Assembly: GCA_045589075.1 (NCBI GenBank)
Contig: JAZNFI010000036.1
Span: 1 to 59,647 of the forward strand
Reading direction: 5' to 3'
DNA length: 59,647 bases
From: Candidatus Flemingiibacterium sp.
GTDB lineage: Bacteria; Bacillota; Clostridia; Oscillospirales; CAG-272
Below the pieces are notes generated by a model. The model saw nothing but the letters and a program-made list of their open reading frames with translations. It did no database searches and had not been told where the DNA came from. Every line of letters begins with the position of its first letter. Positions within the stretch are counted from its first letter, which is position 1. Below are positions 28,195 through 37,714 of this stretch, in pieces. The position numbers were made by a program, and so were the translations under genes.

Positions 28195-29955
28195 TTAAAG
28201 ATCAAGGAAGTCGATTTTCAGAAGTCCAAGCCTCGATACGGCGTCTGTCTCAAACTGCGTCACAACAACGCCGTTATTTACGGCAAGCGGAACATATTCG
28301 TACACCGGACGGTCGGCAATAACAATTCCCGACGCGTGGGTAGATGTACGGCGAGGCATACCCTCAAATCGCTTAGCAATGGAAATAAGCATTTTCACCT
28401 TCGGTGAACTCTCGTACATTTCCCGAAGCTCATTACTTAATTCAAGTGCTGCATCAATGGTCACAGCATCTCCGCTAGGAATTAATTTTACAACCGAATC
28501 GATCACGTCATCGGGCAAGACAAGTGCTCGTCCCACACTTCTTATCGCCTCTATTGAATCCATTCTTTCAAAGGACATGATCCGAGCAACATGCTCATAT
28601 CCGTATCTGCGGCGAGCATACTCCATTACCTCAACACACCGATTACAATCAAATTCTATACCAAATCTCGGCATAACGTTATGCTCTAAATCTAAAAAGC
28701 CTTCAAACGCCAGTTCGGAATCTATAGGGTCAATGTCAGTTATTCCGATGAGAAAAGCCACAAGACTTCCCCCGGCCGAGTCTTTGCCACATCCCACGGA
28801 GATTCCGGTTACTTTGGCATAACTCACAAAATCCTGAACTATCAGAAAATAGTCGGAATATCCCTTATGGGTTATATCGCCAAGCTCACGCTCAAGTCTG
28901 TCAAGGTACTCCTTTTCGGGGTGCTTGTCTGTATATTGTATACGCCCCGACGCAAGGTAACGGGTAAGTCCCTCTCTCGCAAGTCTGGCAAGAAAGACTT
29001 CGGAGGCCGAGCCGTCAGAAGTAGCAAATGCAGGATGATGGAGAGTTGAAAAATCAAAATCGAAATTGCACTTTTCAGCAATCCGCGCTGTATTTTCTAT
29101 GGGGCTCCCAAGTTCCTCTGAATCGAGATAAGAAAACAGCTCATGCATCTCCTCTGTGCTCTTATTGTATGCTTCATCAATGTCTATGGAATAGTTTCCG
29201 AACAGCTCATGAATTTCATCTGTGCTCTTACTGTATAAATCATCAAGGTTCGTGGGGAATTTGACACAGACAACATTATTTGTCTGGATGGCACCTGACA
29301 CAAGCGAAGTAGCTACATCACTTCTGTGCAAACGATGTCCGTCATTTGTGGCAACAAGCGGAATTTTCAACTCCCTCGAAAGCTTGACAATCTCAATATT
29401 CAGTGCCTTTTCATCGGGGTGGTTGTGATCCATGATCTCAAGGTAATAATCGTCTCCGAAAATCTCCTTCATTCTCTTGGCGTGACTGCGTGCACGTTGG
29501 TAGTCGCCTTCATCAATGGCTTTCGAAACATATCCCGCAGGACATGCAGAAAGGGCAATAAGACCTTCATGATGGGAAGCCAGAAGATCCATATCAATCC
29601 TTGGCTTGAAGCAATAGCCCTCGGTATAAGCTGCTGACATGATTTTGATAAGATTTTTGTATCCAACCTCATTTTTACACAAAAGTATGAGATGATAGCT
29701 TCCTCTGTATTTTCCCGGATCATCACGGTCGAAGCGGGTCTGCTTTGCAAGATAAGGCTCACTTCCGATTATCGGCTTGATACCCTCTTTCTTACAAGCA
29801 TCATAGAAATCCACCGCTCCAAACATAACCCCGTGTTCGGTAAGTGCTAAGGCGCTTTGACCGCATTCCTTTGCTCGCTTCGGTATTCCTGATACTGGGC
29901 TGATAGCATCACACAAACTGTATTCGCTGTGAGTATGAAGATGTACAAAATCCAT
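28195..29955 (-). CDS. DnaE N-terminal paralogue fragment (PHP-palm-thumb), predicted polymerase-inactive
   Basis: 586-aa open frame colinear with residues 1 to about 565 of the adjacent dnaE. Strong RBS aaaggagg. PHP motifs are kept, but PDFDIDF has become PRFGIEF. Confidence 0.8.
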   Translation of the reverse strand: MDFVHLHTHSEYSLCDAISPVSGIPKRAKECGQSALALTEHGVMFGAVDFYDACKKEGIKPIIGSEPYLAKQTRFDRDDPGKYRGSYHLILLCKNEVGYKNLIKIMSAAYTEGYCFKPRIDMDLLASHHEGLIALSACPAGYVSKAIDEGDYQRARSHAKRMKEIFGDDYYLEIMDHNHPDEKALNIEIVKLSRELKIPLVATNDGHRLHRSDVATSLVSGAIQTNNVVCVKFPTNLDDLYSKSTDEIHELFGNYSIDIDEAYNKSTEEMHELFSYLDSEELGSPIENTARIAEKCNFDFDFSTLHHPAFATSDGSASEVFLARLAREGLTRYLASGRIQYTDKHPEKEYLDRLERELGDITHKGYSDYFLIVQDFVSYAKVTGISVGCGKDSAGGSLVAFLIGITDIDPIDSELAFEGFLDLEHNVMPRFGIEFDCNRCVEVMEYARRRYGYEHVARIMSFERMDSIEAIRSVGRALVLPDDVIDSVVKLIPSGDAVTIDAALELSNELREMYESSPKVKMLISIAKRFEGMPRRTSTHASGIVIADRPVYEYVPLAVNNGVVVTQFETDAVSRLGLLKIDFLDL

Positions 29956-30168
29956 TCTAGGTCCTCCTTTTTGCAGAAAAGTTCAGATAATATTTCATCT
30001 TCCCCTTATGCCATTAACTATATCCTTTGATTTGTGACTACCCCCGTTTTTCTTCGGGAGATTAATATATGAAAGCGTGCTGTAACAGCGCCGCGTCCAT
30101 ATTTCCAAGTCATATTTTAGCACAAAATTACAAACAAATCTATAATAAATCGTAAACATTGAAAACGA

Positions 30169-33100
30169 TTACCGAAGTACTACATTTTCATCTCCGAGAA
30201 TACCGCGAAGCTCTGCTACTACAAAGTCCGTCAATACAAGTCCGACTCCGTTCAGTTTTTTGTATTCCGACGAGGATTTGTCATAGAATATGACCTCCAC
30301 AGTGCCGTCGCAGAAGATATATACGAGATTTTCAGCTTTTTTGAATGCTCTGTTGCTGTCCTCCATGCTTTCCACGCGCAGATATACCTTGGAAAACGTT
30401 TTCGTCTGCATCGTCTTGGATTTTACGGTTGACGATGGCGGCATCTGACTATTTCCGATAACGGATGGCGGCGGAGTTCGTCCGCTGACGCGGTAAACCG
30501 TAGTTTTGCCGTTTACAGAATCTCCATTTTGGGGTGACTCTGACTGCTCCGTCAGGTTCTGACCGGATTTATTCAAGTTTCCGTCCACTGTGGAGGTTCC
30601 ACCAGATAATTTTTTTATATCCGGCATCTGTGAGCCCTCAGAAAAATGAGCGTTGTCATCAAGCAAGAACACATTCTGGCAGAGAATCTTGGGTTCTTCA
30701 TCATCTCTTTGAGAAATCTGCCCGGTAATGCATACCGCGGCTTCGTTTGTAAGAATATGTCCCACCGTCTCGAATGTCTTTGGAAACACCAACACTTCGA
30801 TCTCGCCGAAACGGTCCTCTACACCAATAAACGCCATCATTTCACCTTTTTTTGTATTCTTTGTCTGACGTCGATTGATGACTGCGCAAACAGTTACCGT
30901 TTGCTTGTCCAAATATATCTTATCCGTTTCCGATTCATCGGAAAATGAGGCGAGTATATCGCTGATTTTTTCATGGGGTATTCTATCTGTATGATGTGAG
31001 TAATCCTCAATCATATGTCCAGAGAAATAAATGCCCGAGCTTTCTTTTTCAAATCTCAGCTTTTCCTTAAGCGGCAGCTCGTCGATGTCGGGGTAGTTGA
31101 AGCTTTCGGCTGTTGCTCCTACATCCGTACCAAGTGAAAACATATCAAGCTGTCCGGCCACATTCACGCGAGACCGTTCCTGATAATGGTCGATTATTAA
31201 ATCATAAGCAAGCAGCAGACGGCTTCTGTAAACTCCCAGTGTATCAAATGCACCGCTCTTGATAAGCGCTTCAACCTGCCTCTTGTTCATATCAAGAGAA
31301 TACATCCGCTCAATGAAATCCTCAAAAGATGAAAACTCACGTTCGGAGCGTTCCTTCACCATTCGTTCAATAAATCCGACGCCAAGATTCTTAAGTGCAA
31401 GAAGCCCGAAGCGTATATACCGTTCCTTGCCGTGAACCACTGCTCTGAAGTCAGCGGTCGACTCATTTATGTCCGGAGGAAGCACACTTATTTTGTATCT
31501 CTGACATTCCGCCACATATTCAGCGGTCTTTGCGGCATTACCCATTACCGAGGTCAACAGAGCTGCCATATATTCGCATGGATAGTGACTCTTAAGATAA
31601 GCGGTACGGTATGACAGGATTGCATATGCCGCCGCATGGCTTTTGTTAAACGCATACGAGGCAAAGCCCGACATCTCATCGAACAGTTCGTTTGCATCGG
31701 CCTCGACCATACCATTTCCAACCGCGCCCGCAACAAACACACCACGATCCCGTTCCATGTCCTCCGCTTTCTTCTTCGCCATCATGCGCCTCACGAGATC
31801 AGCACGTCCCAGGGTATATCCCGCAACACTTACGCAAACCTGCATTACCTGCTCCTGATACACCATACAGCCGTAGGTAACATCAAGAATAGGAGCCAAA
31901 AGCGGCGTTTTGTAGTTTATCTTGTCCCTGTTCAGTCTGTTCTCTATATATTTGGGAATTGAATCCATGGGCCCGGGGCGATAGAGAGAAATAGCAGCAA
32001 TTATATCTTCAATGCAGTCGGGACGAAGCTGTGTTAACATCTGACGCATACCGCCGGATTCAAGCTGAAATATACCGTCCGTATTTCCTGAAGATATAAG
32101 GTCATATACATTTTTGTCATCGAGCGGCACGGAATCTATACAAAAATCAGGCTGGCGCTGTCTTATCTGCTTTTCCGTGTCTGAAATTATAGTTAGATAC
32201 CGAAGAGCAAGAAAGTCAAACTTCAGAAGTCCAAGTTTCGCTACTGTATCCATATCAAACTGCGTTACGGGTGCTCCTCCATTGGTAGACAGTGGAACGT
32301 ATTCGCACACCGGGCGGTCAGTAATAACCACTCCTGCTGCATGGGTAGACGAATGGCGCGGCATTCCCTCGAGTTTTCTGGCGGTGTCAATAAGCCTTTT
32401 CACCTCCGGGGAATTTTCATACAGTTCCCTAAGCTCCTTGACAGACTTCAAAGCAGTGTCAAGAGTCATATCAAGCGCACGTGGTATCAGCTTTGCAACA
32501 GTATCCGTTTCGGAATAGGACATACCTAGAGCTCTTCCAACATCCCGTACTGCTGCCCTTGCAGCCATTGTTCCAAAAGTGATAATCTGTGCAACATGAT
32601 CGTCGCCGTATCGACGGCGCACATATTCAATAACCTCATCACGACGATTGTAGCAAAAATCTATGTCAAAGTCGGGCATAGACACCCGCTCGGGATTTAA
32701 AAAGCGTTCAAAAAGCAGCTCAAAAGCAAGCGGATCAAGATCGGTAATTCCGAGAAGAAATGCCACGAGACTTCCTGCACCGGAACCTCTCCCCGGACCT
32801 ACGGGAATTCCGTGTTTTTTTGCATATCCAACGAAATCCTGAACAATGAGAAAATAATCGGCATAACCCATTCGGTTTATTACCGAAAGCTCGTATTCAA
32901 TCCTCTCAAGATACTCTTTTTCAGGATGCTTGTCCGTGTAAATGATGCGTCCCGATTTAAGTAGCCGTGAAAGTCCGTCCTCGGAAAGCTTTTTCAAATA
33001 CGCCTCGGAAGAGAGACCGTCTGGGGCAGTAAAGGCAGGAAGATAAATATTGGAAAAATCAAAATCGAAGGTACATTTTTCAGCTACTCTGACCGTGTTT

Positions 33101-33897
33101 TCAATAGGGCTACCCAGTTCTTCTTTGTCAAGATAGGAAAACAGTTCGTGCATCTGCTCTGTAGTCTTATAGTAAAACTCGTCAGTTTCAAAGCCTATCG
33201 GACGCCCGTCGGATATAACATTGTTTGTCTGTATGCAAAGAAGTATGGCTTGACTGTCAGCATCGCTTCTTGTAAGATAATGTGCATCATTTGTGGCAAC
33301 CAGAGGAATCCCCATTTCCCTTGAAAGCTTGATGATTCCGGCATTTACCGTTTTTTGCTCCTCTATGCCGTGATCCTGAAGTTCAAGATAGTAGTCATCA
33401 CCGAATATCTCTTTCATCTTTTGAGCATGGCAGCGCGCCGAATCATAATCACCCACAGCAATAGCTCTCGGGATGTATCCCGCAAGACATGCAGAAAGCG
33501 CGATGAGACCTTCATGGTGCGCGTTCAATAGCTCCATATCGATCCTTGGCTTCTGATAAAACCCCTCGGTAAATGATGCAGTCACAAGCTTAATAAGATT
33601 TTTATATCCAATTTCATTTTTACATAATAAAACAAGATGATTGCTGCCGCTGTCCTCGCTGTAGTCGCGGTCAAAGCGAGTACGCTTTGAAAGATAGACC
33701 TCGCACCCGATTATCGGCTTGACACCTTCTTTTTTACAGGCATTATAGAAAGCCACCGCGCCAAACATAACGCCGTGGTCGGTGAGTGCGACTGCGCTGT
33801 GACCACATTCCTTGGCGCGCTTCGGTATTTCTGATATGCGGCAAGCACCGTCAAGCAAGCTGTATTCGCTGTGAAGGTGAAGGTGTACAAAATCCAT
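30169..33897 (-). CDS. dnaE: DNA polymerase III subunit alpha
   Basis: PHP start MDFVHLHLHSEYS, GPGRGSGAGS, catalytic PDFDIDF, fingers, OB region and a C-terminal extension. I take the ATG at 33897 (aaagagg 6 nt upstream) rather than 33921. Confidence 0.97.
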   Translation of the reverse strand: MDFVHLHLHSEYSLLDGACRISEIPKRAKECGHSAVALTDHGVMFGAVAFYNACKKEGVKPIIGCEVYLSKRTRFDRDYSEDSGSNHLVLLCKNEIGYKNLIKLVTASFTEGFYQKPRIDMELLNAHHEGLIALSACLAGYIPRAIAVGDYDSARCHAQKMKEIFGDDYYLELQDHGIEEQKTVNAGIIKLSREMGIPLVATNDAHYLTRSDADSQAILLCIQTNNVISDGRPIGFETDEFYYKTTEQMHELFSYLDKEELGSPIENTVRVAEKCTFDFDFSNIYLPAFTAPDGLSSEAYLKKLSEDGLSRLLKSGRIIYTDKHPEKEYLERIEYELSVINRMGYADYFLIVQDFVGYAKKHGIPVGPGRGSGAGSLVAFLLGITDLDPLAFELLFERFLNPERVSMPDFDIDFCYNRRDEVIEYVRRRYGDDHVAQIITFGTMAARAAVRDVGRALGMSYSETDTVAKLIPRALDMTLDTALKSVKELRELYENSPEVKRLIDTARKLEGMPRHSSTHAAGVVITDRPVCEYVPLSTNGGAPVTQFDMDTVAKLGLLKFDFLALRYLTIISDTEKQIRQRQPDFCIDSVPLDDKNVYDLISSGNTDGIFQLESGGMRQMLTQLRPDCIEDIIAAISLYRPGPMDSIPKYIENRLNRDKINYKTPLLAPILDVTYGCMVYQEQVMQVCVSVAGYTLGRADLVRRMMAKKKAEDMERDRGVFVAGAVGNGMVEADANELFDEMSGFASYAFNKSHAAAYAILSYRTAYLKSHYPCEYMAALLTSVMGNAAKTAEYVAECQRYKISVLPPDINESTADFRAVVHGKERYIRFGLLALKNLGVGFIERMVKERSEREFSSFEDFIERMYSLDMNKRQVEALIKSGAFDTLGVYRSRLLLAYDLIIDHYQERSRVNVAGQLDMFSLGTDVGATAESFNYPDIDELPLKEKLRFEKESSGIYFSGHMIEDYSHHTDRIPHEKISDILASFSDESETDKIYLDKQTVTVCAVINRRQTKNTKKGEMMAFIGVEDRFGEIEVLVFPKTFETVGHILTNEAAVCITGQISQRDDEEPKILCQNVFLLDDNAHFSEGSQMPDIKKLSGGTSTVDGNLNKSGQNLTEQSESPQNGDSVNGKTTVYRVSGRTPPPSVIGNSQMPPSSTVKSKTMQTKTFSKVYLRVESMEDSNRAFKKAENLVYIFCDGTVEVIFYDKSSSEYKKLNGVGLVLTDFVVAELRGILGDENVVLR

Positions 33898-33930
33898 TTT
33901 TAAGTCCTCTTTATTCTGCAAAAAACACAG

Positions 33931-34860
33931 TTACTCTTTCACTCTGTCTCTTGCACTCTCAAGTATTTTCTTTAACCTGTGATTGACTCCCGATTTTGTT
34001 ATGGGGGGCTGGTGCAGGGCGGCAAGCTGCGACAGCGTTGCATCCGGATTGTCAAGACGCAGACGTGCAGTTGCCTTTAATTCCTCCGGAAGGATTTCTA
34101 TTTTCCCACTCGCCTCCAGCGACTTTATGGCGGCTATCTGATCGCCTGCCGCGGCAACGGTCTTGCCAATGTTGGCAAGCTCGCTGTTAGCAAGACGATT
34201 GGCATCGGAGCGAAGCTCCTTTTCTATTTTTGTATTCATAACGGTAAAGGCAGCGTTTGTAGCACCAACATAAGCCAAAAAATTTTCAATGCTTGCGCTG
34301 TCCTTGTAATACACAACATACTCGTTTTTGCGAGTCATATGCTTTGGCTCAAGCCCCACACCTGTAAGTATGTGCGCTGCTCCTGCGGCAAAAGCCTCGG
34401 AGGTAAAGCTTATCTCAAGGTGATAACTCTTGACAGGATCGGTAACTGTGCCGGAAGACATGAACATTCCTCGAATAAACGCCTGTGTACATTGCGGACA
34501 TTTAAAAACTTCTTCAATAACTCTCGACTCATCGTCATCGTCCGTATAGCGAAAGCCACGAAAAAGACGTTCAAGCTCGCGATAGGGTGATATAGTTATT
34601 TTACAGCTCCGTCTCTCGTCAGCGTCCCCGCTTTTCTTTTCCGTAATATACATACTTGCTTCCACCGAGTAAAGCTCACGAAGCCGTTTAACCGTCAACT
34701 CCGCAAGGGGAACGCAGGCGGTGATAAGTTTTATTCTGGTGTACGAAAAAAGTCCTGCACTGTATAATATCCCGTAAATCAGTGATCGGCGACAGCAATC
34801 GCGCTTTATTGTCTCCGACGCCGACGCAAGTCCGGATTTTGTTTCATGTGCGAATGACAT
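33931..34860 (-). CDS. whiA: DNA-binding protein WhiA
   Basis: 309 aa with a degenerate LAGLIDADG-type N-terminal domain and a C-terminal HTH (LSQLAALHQPPITKSGVNHRLKKI). Confidence 0.93.
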   Translation of the reverse strand: MSFAHETKSGLASASETIKRDCCRRSLIYGILYSAGLFSYTRIKLITACVPLAELTVKRLRELYSVEASMYITEKKSGDADERRSCKITISPYRELERLFRGFRYTDDDDESRVIEEVFKCPQCTQAFIRGMFMSSGTVTDPVKSYHLEISFTSEAFAAGAAHILTGVGLEPKHMTRKNEYVVYYKDSASIENFLAYVGATNAAFTVMNTKIEKELRSDANRLANSELANIGKTVAAAGDQIAAIKSLEASGKIEILPEELKATARLRLDNPDATLSQLAALHQPPITKSGVNHRLKKILESARDRVKE

Positions 34861-34867
34861 TATGACC

Positions 34868-35770
34868 TCACTTTATATATCTGACCTCGCACTCTATATC
34901 GAGTCCGAACTGCTTTTTTATCTCGTCTTTTACAATCTCTATAAGCGAAAGTACATCTTTTGCCGTAGCACCGCCACGATTTACAATAAATCCTGCGTGC
35001 TTCTCCGATACTTCCGCTCCGCCCACACGTCTGCCTTTCAGACCTGCCTCGTCAATCTTCTGGGCAGTAATAAATCCGTTTCCTCTTTTAAAGGTGCTTC
35101 CTGCACTCGGCAGTTCAAGAGGCTGTTTTTTGCGTCTGCGTGACATATAATCTGCCATTGCGGCTTCTATTTCGGATTTATCGCCGTATGACAGCTTCAT
35201 TTTCGCCGAAAGAATAACCTTCCTGCTGTCCATATATACGCTGTGACGGTATGCAAACTCGTGCGCTGATCCCTGAACAGCTCCATACTCGCCAGTGTCA
35301 AGGTCGTAATAACGACTTTCTACCACAACCTGCGACATTTCACCACCGTAAGCACCCGCATTCATATAAATGCCGCCACCTACACTTCCCGGGATTCCGT
35401 AAGCAAATTCAAGACCGGAAAGAGAATTTTTTGCCGCCACTGAAGCTGCGTGAGTTACAGATACGCCAGTTTCTGCGGTAATATATTCTCCTTCTACGGT
35501 ACACTTACGCATTTCCGATAATATGACCGCCGCACCGTTATATCCCTCATCGGATACAAGCACATTGGTTCCGTTTCCGAGAACTGTAACGGGGATATTT
35601 TCAGCTTTAAGAATATCAAAAGTTTCTACAGCCTCGTTAGTACGCTTTGGAAATACTACGAGCTTCGCCGGACCTCCTATGCGAAAGCTGGTGTAGGGAG
35701 CAAGCGGTATGTTTTCGCTATATTCAATTTTAGCAGCCGATAAGTGCGTCACAGCACGAGTATAGTTCAT
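34868..35770 (-). CDS. murB: UDP-N-acetylmuramate dehydrogenase
   Basis: FAD-binding RIGGPA, VLGNGTNVLV and SAGSTFK. The ATG at 35770 follows AAGGAGA. The ORF extends to 35797. Confidence 0.94.
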   Translation of the reverse strand: MNYTRAVTHLSAAKIEYSENIPLAPYTSFRIGGPAKLVVFPKRTNEAVETFDILKAENIPVTVLGNGTNVLVSDEGYNGAAVILSEMRKCTVEGEYITAETGVSVTHAASVAAKNSLSGLEFAYGIPGSVGGGIYMNAGAYGGEMSQVVVESRYYDLDTGEYGAVQGSAHEFAYRHSVYMDSRKVILSAKMKLSYGDKSEIEAAMADYMSRRRKKQPLELPSAGSTFKRGNGFITAQKIDEAGLKGRRVGGAEVSEKHAGFIVNRGGATAKDVLSLIEIVKDEIKKQFGLDIECEVRYIK

Positions 35771-35780
35771 ATGCTCTCCT

Positions 35781-36473
35781 TCAGAGTAACAGCTCAAGTA
35801 ATTCGGCGTAGTCCTTCACCGTTTTTGTTGGAATTATGCCCGTAGTGTTTTCAGTGTTTTTAGGGTTATACCATATAGTATCAATGCCATAGTTGTTTCC
35901 GCCAAGGATGTCGTGAGACAGCGAATCACCGATAATGACCGATGCCGCGCGCTTATTTTCTCCGATATGCGCGAAAACATAATCGAAATATTCAGCCTTG
36001 GGCTTCGCCGCATCGGCATCTTCCGACACAAATATATCCTTGAAATAACTGTGTATGGGCGAGAGATAAAATCGTTTCTTCTGAGTATGTGAAACGCCGT
36101 TTGTGACAATATACATATCGTAATGTTCAGAAAGCTTGCGGCAAAGTGACAGAGCACCGCGGAAAAGCTTTGACACGTTGGCAAGCTCGTCAACGTATTC
36201 GGTATTGAGCACGGAGCTTGATACGTTCACCCTGCGCCCAACAGAATCAAAAAATATTCCAAAGCGGTTGTCCTGCAAATATTTCTTGGTTATTTCGCCT
36301 TTTCCAAGCTGTTCCCACAGAGCGTTATTCACTGCCACGTAATGTTCAAAATCCGCATCGGTATATTGTATGCCGAACTTATCCATTACTATTCCGAACG
36401 CATCCCTCTCTGCGGCGTCAAAGTCAAACAGAGTTCTGTCTGCATCGAAAAGCAAGGTGGTATAGCGCTTCAT
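35781..36473 (-). CDS. HAD-family hydrolase (YjjG-like nucleotidase subfamily)
   Basis: 230 aa with motif I LLFDADRTLFDF, a TNG motif and IGDSLSHD. Confidence 0.88.
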   Translation of the reverse strand: MKRYTTLLFDADRTLFDFDAAERDAFGIVMDKFGIQYTDADFEHYVAVNNALWEQLGKGEITKKYLQDNRFGIFFDSVGRRVNVSSSVLNTEYVDELANVSKLFRGALSLCRKLSEHYDMYIVTNGVSHTQKKRFYLSPIHSYFKDIFVSEDADAAKPKAEYFDYVFAHIGENKRAASVIIGDSLSHDILGGNNYGIDTIWYNPKNTENTTGIIPTKTVKDYAELLELLL

Positions 36474-37678
36474 CGTGCAATAAATTTGTGGAATACTTTT
36501 TTACCTTTTTTAATGATAACGCCGTCCTTAAGCTTTTCCGCCGCAACAACAGCATCAAAACGCTCAACCTTAACGTCATCAACAGCAATACCGCCCTGCT
36601 GTATAAGGCGCTTTGCCTCGCCCTTTGATGGAGCGAGCTTTCCTGCCACAAGAAGGTCAACAACTGTAGCATCAACAGCTTCCACCTCTGTGGTAGGCAT
36701 ATTTTCGCTGGAACCACCGCCGGAGAATACTGCGCGTGCCGCTTCAAGTGCCTTGTCAGCCTCTTCCTTGCCGTGAACCATATTTGTGAGCTCGTACGCA
36801 AGTATCTCTTTAGCCTTGTTAAGCTGTGCACCCTCCCAGGAGTTCATCTCCCGGATCTGATCCATAGGCAGGAATGTGAGCATACGGATGCATTTAAGCA
36901 CATCAGCGTCTGCTACGTTTCTCCAATACTGGAAGAAATCGAAGGGGGAGGTCTTGTTGGGGTCAAGCCATACGGCGTTGCCTGCCGTTTTGCCCATCTT
37001 CTTGCCGTTTGAATCGGTGAGGAGAGTTATGGTCATTGCATGAGCATCCTTACCAAGCTTCTTTCTGATAAGCTCGGTACCGCCAAGCATATTGGACCAC
37101 TGATCGTCTCCGCCGAATTCCATATTACAGCCGTACTTCTTGTACATATAGTAGAAGTCGTAGGACTGCATTATCATATAGTTGAATTCAAGGAAAGAAA
37201 GTCCCTTTTCCATTCTCTGCTTGTAGCACTCGGCACGAAGCATGTTGTTAACGGAGAAGCAAGCTCCCACCTCTCTAAGAAGGTCAACGTAGTTGAGGTC
37301 AAGCAACCAATCGGCGTTGTTGACCATAATAGCCTTGTCCTCGCCAAACTCTATGAATTTCTCCATCTGACGCTTAAAGCATTCAGCGTTGTGATCTATA
37401 TCCTCTTTAGTGAGCATCTTTCTCATGTCAGTTCTTCCCGAGGGATCACCGATCATGGTAGTTCCCCCTCCGATAAGGGCGATAGGCTTGTTTCCTGCCA
37501 TCTGGAGACGCTTCATAAGAGTGAGTGCCATAAAATGCCCGGCGGTAAGCGAATCCGCGGTACAGTCAAAGCCTATATAGAATGTGGCTTTTCCGTTGTT
37601 TATCATGTCACGGATGTGCTCCTCGTTTGTCACCTGTGCTATAAGTCCGCGCTCAACAAGTTCTTCGTAAATCTGCAT
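36470..37678 (-). CDS. tyrS: tyrosine--tRNA ligase
   Basis: 402 aa with GFDCTADSLTAGHFMAL (HIGH region), KMGKT (KMSKS) and a C-terminal S4-like domain. RBS is AAGGAGA. Confidence 0.96.
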   Translation of the reverse strand: MQIYEELVERGLIAQVTNEEHIRDMINNGKATFYIGFDCTADSLTAGHFMALTLMKRLQMAGNKPIALIGGGTTMIGDPSGRTDMRKMLTKEDIDHNAECFKRQMEKFIEFGEDKAIMVNNADWLLDLNYVDLLREVGACFSVNNMLRAECYKQRMEKGLSFLEFNYMIMQSYDFYYMYKKYGCNMEFGGDDQWSNMLGGTELIRKKLGKDAHAMTITLLTDSNGKKMGKTAGNAVWLDPNKTSPFDFFQYWRNVADADVLKCIRMLTFLPMDQIREMNSWEGAQLNKAKEILAYELTNMVHGKEEADKALEAARAVFSGGGSSENMPTTEVEAVDATVVDLLVAGKLAPSKGEAKRLIQQGGIAVDDVKVERFDAVVAAEKLKDGVIIKKGKKVFHKFIAR

Positions 37679-37714
37679 TTTCTGTTTCTCCTTACGGTTA
37701 AGTAATTGTTTTTA

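Noticed and set aside
30169-30700. Extra about 170 residues at the dnaE C-terminus: a Ser/Thr/Pro/Gln-rich linker and a small terminal domain
   Set aside because: DnaE length varies widely and this is contiguous with the main frame. It is noted only because the terminal domain is the part retained as the decayed remnant at 28062..28194.
33898-33921. N-terminal extension MQNKEDLK on dnaE in the ORF track, and similar extensions on spoVB-like, murB, tlyA, xseB, the amidase gene, the M23 gene and the SGNH gene
   Set aside because: Downstream in-frame starts have proper RBS spacing and match family N-termini. For dnaE the duplicated copy starts at the same MDF. The longer ORFs are just open upstream frame.
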